From contig DRQW01000009.1 in the NCBI GenBank assembly GCA_011371305.1, positions 1-58,973 on the forward strand: a DNA stretch of 58,973 nt, read 5' to 3'. Source of the stretch: Anaerolineae bacterium. GTDB lineage: Bacteria; Chloroflexota; Anaerolineae; J102. The notes under the pieces were generated by a model. That model had not been told where the DNA came from. It ran no database searches and saw only the letters and a program-made list of their open reading frames with translations. A program made the position numbers and the translations under genes. Shown one piece after another: positions 54,026 through 58,973 of this stretch (its first letter is position 1; each line of letters starts with the position of its first letter).

Positions 54026-54994
54026 ATGGCCGAAGGGCTGTATGGCGAACTCGCGGTGGTGAGTGGGTCTTGCCATCCTCAACTCGCCGAAGAAATTTGC
54101 GATTATCTACGCATTCGACCCACGCCCATGCGCATTACTAAATTCCCTAACGAAAATATTTTCGTGCAGATCAAGCAAAGTGTTCGGGGCAAGGATGTGT
54201 TTCTCATCCAACCATTGGGCCGTCCCGTGAATGATATGGTGATGGAGCTGCTGATTACCATCGATGCGCTTCATCGGGATAGCGCGGGTCGGATCACCGC
54301 GGTCATTCCTTACTATGCCTATGGCCGCACCGACAAAAAGGACCAACCCCGGGTGCCCATTACCGCCCGTCTGCTGGCCGACCTCATCACGGTGGCCGGG
54401 GCTGACCGCTTTCTCACTATCGACCTGCACGCGGGGCAGATCCAAGGTTTCTTCACTATCCCCACCGATGAGCTCACGGCCCGGTATCTGTTCATCGACT
54501 ATGTGCGCATGAACAAATTGATGGATCAGGCCGTGGTGGTCGCGCCCGATGTGGGTGCCGTGCGTCGGGCCCGCAACTTTGCACACGCGCTCAACCTCCC
54601 CCTAGCTATCATCGAAAAGCGCCGCAGCCTGGATGGTAGCAAGACTGAGATGTATAACCTTATCGGTGAAGTCACCGGCTTAAACTGTATGCTTATCGAT
54701 GATGAAATCGATACGGCAGGCACCCTCACCCAAGCAGCCTATTTTCTCAAAGACTCTGGCGCGGCCAACATCATCGCCTTCGCGACTCATGCGGTCTTTT
54801 CCGACCCCGCGGCCGAACGTCTGGGTGACGCGCCCATCGACCGCTTGGTGGTCACCAATACCCTCCCCATTCCCCCTGAAAAACGGGAGCGTATCGGCCC
54901 TAAACTGGACATCATCAGCGTCGGACCCCTGCTGGGTGAAACCATCCGACGGATCCATCTGGGTGTCAGTGTAGGTGCGATGTTTCAGGAATGA
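54026..54994 (+). CDS. prs: Ribose-phosphate pyrophosphokinase
   Basis: ...FPNENIFVQIKQSVRGKDVFLIQPL...IPYYAYGRTDKKD...DLHAGQIQGFF...MLIDDEIDTAGTL. Confidence 0.95.
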   Translation: MAEGLYGELAVVSGSCHPQLAEEICDYLRIRPTPMRITKFPNENIFVQIKQSVRGKDVFLIQPLGRPVNDMVMELLITIDALHRDSAGRITAVIPYYAYGRTDKKDQPRVPITARLLADLITVAGADRFLTIDLHAGQIQGFFTIPTDELTARYLFIDYVRMNKLMDQAVVVAPDVGAVRRARNFAHALNLPLAIIEKRRSLDGSKTEMYNLIGEVTGLNCMLIDDEIDTAGTLTQAAYFLKDSGAANIIAFATHAVFSDPAAERLGDAPIDRLVVTNTLPIPPEKRERIGPKLDIISVGPLLGETIRRIHLGVSVGAMFQE

Positions 54995-55015
54995 GCAGCA
55001 ATATAAGGATGTTGT

Positions 55016-55606
55016 ATGGCGATGCCTGCATATGCGGACCTTATTTCGCGTGTTCATTTCGAGAGTGGCGCCCTGGCCCGCTCGCCCGGTCACGTGCGCC
55101 AGCGTTACCCGACGCCCGCGGCAGCTATGAAGGCCACGTTGCACTATCTGCAACCCCTGCCTGAGGCCCTCATCGCACGCTGGTTGGCTGAGGATCGCGG
55201 CCATATTATCATCCAGGCCTCGCAACATGGGTTCGAGTTGGGCAAGTCTCGGTTCCGGAGGAGGTGGCTGGAGGATGTGGCTTGGGTGAGAATAACGCTG
55301 CTGGTGGATGATCCCATTGATTACCTCATGCCCGTGGCCGCACTACTCGTATCTCTCATCGGTTGGGGAAGTACGCCCGATCAAGCAACACAACCCTGGC
55401 AGGATTTTGTGCGTGGTGTACGTTCAAGTTTCGACGCGGGATATGGGCGGCGTGATGAGGCCCGGGCTGATGTGGACGCGTATCTTGCCGAGGGCATCGC
55501 ATGGTATCTGGTCGATCGCCGGGGCCTGAATATTACCAACCCGCGGTTGGAGAAACTCCTCCGGGCCACGGTTTTTAATGAAGCCTGGTGTAGGCGTCTC
55601 TTCTGA
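55016..55606 (+). CDS. Hypothetical protein
   Basis: 196-aa ORF with protein-like composition and no motif I recognise. The internal Met (MKATLHYLQ) is an alternative start. Confidence 0.4.
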   Translation: MAMPAYADLISRVHFESGALARSPGHVRQRYPTPAAAMKATLHYLQPLPEALIARWLAEDRGHIIIQASQHGFELGKSRFRRRWLEDVAWVRITLLVDDPIDYLMPVAALLVSLIGWGSTPDQATQPWQDFVRGVRSSFDAGYGRRDEARADVDAYLAEGIAWYLVDRRGLNITNPRLEKLLRATVFNEAWCRRLF

Positions 55607-57020
55607 ATCTTCTTCCATACCGACTTCTCGGTTCCCCCCAGTGTCTGTCCGCTCCTATTCCTTCCTATTCCTGTTCGGGCTGGTCTTGCGTCTGGGTTTT
55701 TTGGCCTGGAATTGGCACACCGCACCTGATTGGAACATTGACGCGCTGGGCTACCATCACCTAGCGGTGAATCTGCTAGCGCGTAGGGGGTTCTCGCTGA
55801 ATACCGCACCACCTTTCCAGCCTGATGGCATCCGTACGCCCGGCTATCCTTTGTTCCTGGTGTTGGTCTATGCCCTGACCAACGTCACACCCCGCGCGGT
55901 GTTGATCCTCCAGGCCCTTTTGGACGCGATCACCGCGGTGGTGGTGGCGGATATGACTTGGCGGCTGGCGAGAGCGCGAGGTGTAGCTTTGCTCGCGGGT
56001 TTTCTCTATGCGTTGTTACCTTTGGCCTGGCGCTATGCGGCCGAACTCTATGTGGAGAGTTTCCTGGCCTTTTGGCTCACGTTCACTTTCTGGCTGACGC
56101 TGTGGGTTGTGCAGACGACGGAGCGGAGGCGGATGTCGGGGGCATTGGCGTTGGGCGTGGTCACAGGCTTCAGTTTGCTGGTCAAGCCGAATGTCCTCCT
56201 GCTTCCTCTCTTTGTCGCTGGCATCTTACTGGCTCATCGCCTTTTTCGACATATGTTGGTCTTTACCGCGGCATGCATGCTCGTCCTGACGCCCTGGGTG
56301 GCGCGCAATGTCCTCGTATTCGGGCATCCCACTCTCTCCTTGGCTTTCATGAACAATCTGGCCCGAGTGAGCGCGCCCGCGACCCTGGCTTGGGCTCAGC
56401 ATGAGACCATCGCCCCTTGGACCCCTCGTTGGGAGGCGTTGTTCTCCCAAGTGGTCAATGTGGCTGCACGGGAATATCCAGCCCTATTCGCAACGCCCGA
56501 GGCGGATCTTTCACCCCGGCAGGTGTATCAACGTCAGGCCGCGTTGGCGGATGCGGCCCAAGCCATCATTCGGGCGCATCCGCGGGCGTTTCTCATCAGC
56601 CATCTGGCGGGCGCGCTGAGGGGTTGGCAGCCGCTGGAGCAACGGTTCTGGTATGCGCGGCTGACGGGTGTAGGATGGGAGGCCACATTCCCCGACGGTT
56701 TTATCTATCACCTGATGACAAAAGGATGGCAACAAACGCCAGTATTGGCCTCAACACTGTTCTTCTTTTTCCTGACTTGGAGATTGATCCAGCTGGTTGG
56801 GGCTGGGTTGGGCGCGATCTGGCTTTATCCTCGCGACCGGGCTTTTGTATTGGCTTTGGTTCTGTTCATCTTTTACGTGACGACATTGCCCGGCCCTATC
56901 GCTTACGACCGTTTCCACATGCCCATCATGCCTCTACTACACGTGTTTTCGGCCGCGGGCTTGGTGGGGTTGTGGAGGATGGCCCGCTCGATCAGGCAAC
57001 GAATGTCAACAGCAAAGTGA
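55578..57020 (+). CDS. Glycosyltransferase family 39 / PMT_2-like membrane protein
   Basis: LRLGFLAWNWHTAPDWNIDALGYHHLAVNLLARRGFSL...DGIRTPGYPLFLVLVYAL, followed by multiple TM segments. The start is uncertain because it overlaps the previous ORF by 29 nt. Confidence 0.7.
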   Translation: MKPGVGVSSESSSIPTSRFPPVSVRSYSFLFLFGLVLRLGFLAWNWHTAPDWNIDALGYHHLAVNLLARRGFSLNTAPPFQPDGIRTPGYPLFLVLVYALTNVTPRAVLILQALLDAITAVVVADMTWRLARARGVALLAGFLYALLPLAWRYAAELYVESFLAFWLTFTFWLTLWVVQTTERRRMSGALALGVVTGFSLLVKPNVLLLPLFVAGILLAHRLFRHMLVFTAACMLVLTPWVARNVLVFGHPTLSLAFMNNLARVSAPATLAWAQHETIAPWTPRWEALFSQVVNVAAREYPALFATPEADLSPRQVYQRQAALADAAQAIIRAHPRAFLISHLAGALRGWQPLEQRFWYARLTGVGWEATFPDGFIYHLMTKGWQQTPVLASTLFFFFLTWRLIQLVGAGLGAIWLYPRDRAFVLALVLFIFYVTTLPGPIAYDRFHMPIMPLLHVFSAAGLVGLWRMARSIRQRMSTAK

Positions 57021-57073
57021 CTGTTCTGAAAATAGAGGTTTCACGCCAAGGCACCAAGACGCAAAGGGAATAA

Positions 57074-57168
57074 GGTGGCAAGTGGCAGGTATGCAGGTGG
57101 CAAGTGGCAGGTGAAAAATGCCGCTACTTGCAGGACTTGCGACTTGCATACCTGCAAACTTGCAAACC
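57074..57168. repeat. Long imperfect hairpin built of GGCAAGT/GGCAGGT heptamer-like units
   Basis: Left arm GGTGGCAAGTGGCAGGTATGCAGGTGGCAAGTGGCAGGTG, right arm CTACTTGCAGGACTTGCGACTTGCATACCTGCAAACTTGCAAACC. Paired blocks are GCAAGT, GCAGGTATGCA and GCAAGT. Confidence 0.65.
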
Positions 57169-57197
57169 CGCTTAGCGAGCTTCGCGACTTTGCATGA

Positions 57198-57358
57198 GAT
57201 TTCATCGGTATCGGCGCGCGGCCGCGCAAGGCCTGTTCTGAAATAACGTCGTGTTCGTAAGCAAAATCAACTCGAAGCCCGCGTTGCGCGAAGCGTCGGC
57301 GGGCGTAAAACGTGATGCGTGAAACGTGAGGACTTACGCATCATGCATTATGCATCAC
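57198..57358 (+). repeat. Dispersed repeat family, copy B, ending in an RCGTGAW/GCATYAT heptamer tail
   Basis: GATTTCATCGGTATCGGCGCGCGGCCGCGCAAGGCCTGTTCTGAAATAACGTCGTGTTCGTAAGCAAAATCAACTCGAAGCCCGCGTTGCGCGAAGCGTCGGCGGGCGTAAAACGTGATGCGTGAAACGTGAGGACTTACGCATCATGCATTATGCATCAC. Confidence 0.85.
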
Positions 57359-57426
57359 GGAATCGGTTTCCCGCGTCCACGCGAGCAGGAAGCATTTTTG
57401 TGGAAATAATGCATTGGTTTGGGGTG

Positions 57427-58260
57427 TCAGGAAGGTGGCGGTTTGGCCAGTTCTTCCGCCTCCCACGCCCGATACGCCTCCATCAGTTGTCGGGTAATAG
57501 GGCCGGGCGGGCCGATCTCCACATCTCCCACACGGCGGACAGGTAAGACGCCTCGCCGGGTAGAGGTGAGAAAGACCTCCCCCCAGCGTGGGATATCGGA
57601 TGCAGGGAGGGGACGGCGTTGGAAGGGAATGCTTAGTTCCTGAGCCAGGGCCATCACCCGCCGCATGACCGTGCCCTCCAGCACGGCGCCCAAAGGCGGT
57701 GCAGCCAGCACTCCATCCTGCACGATGAACACATTGCAATTGGAGCCTTCCGTGACATGACCATGGCGATCGACCAACAGCGCGTCATGTACGCCTGCAG
57801 CTTTGGCCGCCTTACGGGCCAATCCAGGCACCAGGGTGTTGAAGGATTTGATCAAGGGCATGGCCCTTTCGCCATGATAAAGGATCACGGGCACGCCCTG
57901 AGCATATTCCTCAGGCGTGGGCGCGATGTAACCCATTTCATACAAAAACACGTCCGCATGACCATTTCCCAAATCCATCGCCAAGACCCGCACGAGCCCA
58001 TCGGGCGCATTGGCTTCGACGACTTGGTATGCCCAGGTGACGAGTTTCTCCATGTCCACCTGCAATCGTAATTGCGCACCTGCGGCTGAGTGGAAAAGTC
58101 TTTCCAAATGCTCATGCAACGCTACATAGCGTCCGCCCTTTACAAGGATGGTCTCATAGACGCCCAACGCACCAACCAGCGCAGGCGTATAAACAGGAAA
58201 ACAAGCTTTTTCTTTGGGAATGATCTGACCGTTGTGGATGACGTGATTGTAGATGGGCAT
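57427..58260 (-). CDS. Class IV (fold type IV) PLP aminotransferase: branched-chain/D-amino-acid aminotransferase or ADC-lyase family
   Basis: MPIYNHVIHNGQIIPKEKACFPVYTPALVGALGVYETILV...LIKSFNTL...EGSNCNVFIV...VLEGTVMRRV. Start moved to ATG 58260. Confidence 0.8.
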   Translation of the reverse strand: MPIYNHVIHNGQIIPKEKACFPVYTPALVGALGVYETILVKGGRYVALHEHLERLFHSAAGAQLRLQVDMEKLVTWAYQVVEANAPDGLVRVLAMDLGNGHADVFLYEMGYIAPTPEEYAQGVPVILYHGERAMPLIKSFNTLVPGLARKAAKAAGVHDALLVDRHGHVTEGSNCNVFIVQDGVLAAPPLGAVLEGTVMRRVMALAQELSIPFQRRPLPASDIPRWGEVFLTSTRRGVLPVRRVGDVEIGPPGPITRQLMEAYRAWEAEELAKPPPS

Positions 58261-58396
58261 AGTCAGGGGCCTTGGGACAGTAGCATGGATGGTCGTTTGG
58301 CAAAGCGACCCTGTCATGGGAGGAGAATTGCGTTTAGAAGAGGGTTTCATTATACTGCTACCCGATGCAAATTTTCCAATCCCCTTCGGAGTGACC

Positions 58397-58973
58397 ATGA
58401 CCAAGGATCTGAAAGGCACGGGCGCAGCCCAGCGCGCCATCTGGGAAAAGTATCTGACTGATTATAATGAAGGGTTGGGGCTGGTGTATGAAAGGTTTGT
58501 GCTCAATGATTTCCTCGACAAGCTGCGCCAACGTTTTTTTATTGAAAGCGCCCTGGAGGCGCCCATCTACGGCATGGCTGGAGTCACCGGTATCAACAGC
58601 GTCATGTTGGCGCGGCAGGGCGTTCACGTCACCCTGGTGGATGACATTCCCGATCGGGCGGAGGCGGTCAAGCGCATCTGGGGCGAATTGGGTCTGACCC
58701 CCGAACTTCATGTCATTCCCCCCGAAGGTTGGGGGCAATTGCCTTTTTCCGACAACAGTTTTGATCTGACGTGGAATTGGGCTGCACTTTGGTATCTTCC
58801 CGATCCTGCCGCGTTGCTTCGAGAGCTTGTGCGGACCAGCCGCAAGCTGGTCTTCGTGGCCATGCCTAATAGTCTGCAGGTGGGCTACTGGATGCGTAAG
58901 TACGTGTTGGATAAGGATTTCTTCGATACGGTGGATGAGCGTTGGGTGGATATCGAACGGATCCGTTGGCATC
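58397..58973 (+). CDS. Class I SAM-dependent methyltransferase-like protein (partial, runs off the right edge)
   Basis: Open frame with no stop: MTKDLKGTGAAQRAIWEKYLTDYNEGLGLVYERFVLNDF...GMAGVTGINSVMLARQGVHVTLVDD...LPFSDNSFDLTWNWAALWYLPDPAALLRELVRTSRKLVFVAMPN. Missing from the ORF track because it has no stop in the window. Confidence 0.6.
   Translation, partial: MTKDLKGTGAAQRAIWEKYLTDYNEGLGLVYERFVLNDFLDKLRQRFFIESALEAPIYGMAGVTGINSVMLARQGVHVTLVDDIPDRAEAVKRIWGELGLTPELHVIPPEGWGQLPFSDNSFDLTWNWAALWYLPDPAALLRELVRTSRKLVFVAMPNSLQVGYWMRKYVLDKDFFDTVDERWVDIERIRWH

Noticed and set aside
58358-58972. 204-aa minus-strand ORF at the right edge
   Set aside because: The opposite (plus) frame from ATG 58397 is open to the window end and reads like a SAM-dependent methyltransferase. 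The minus-strand product has no motif and looks like a shadow frame.

Overview
High-GC (~60%) bacterial chromosome segment, probably Chloroflexota-like. That guess is an inference from gene content: an A/V-type ATPase, archaeal-type mevalonate and glycolysis enzymes, and many Pro/Thr-linker exported proteins. It looks like core genome: I found no transposase, integrase, CRISPR array, tRNA/rRNA gene or recognisable defence system. Gene content in order: partial ABC ATPase; a TetR + two ABC-2 permease operon; a nine-gene A/V-type ATPase operon in the order D-G-I-K-E-C-F-A-B; a TolB-like propeller; a tandem DsbA lipoprotein; rfbC; a three-gene operon of unassigned polytopic membrane proteins; the upper mevalonate pathway (class II HMGR, archaeal-type HMGCS, thiolase) plus a coupled GNAT; an SH3b protein; YjbQ; an orphan sugar-ABC ATPase; ApgM; Lrp; an aminotransferase + kinase pair; two GT39-like glycosyltransferases; an ECF sigma/anti-sigma pair; a frameshifted lipoprotein; alaS-X-ruvX-mltG; GT4; YbaK; NUDIX; csp; an LVIVD protein; a B12 acyl-CoA mutase + MeaB; prs; a class IV aminotransferase; a partial methyltransferase. 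The unusual signals are mostly non-coding. (1) Orientation-locked heptamer arrays put TGA in all three frames and supply real stop codons. (2) A dispersed ~100-170 bp repeat family has a covarying hairpin. (3) There are several candidate structured RNAs or leaders. (4) The membrane operon encodes two lysine-poor, degenerate Nuo/Mrp antiporter-like proteins and is my best candidate for an undescribed protein system. All calls rest on reading the sequence and the ORF translations by eye; no searches were run.
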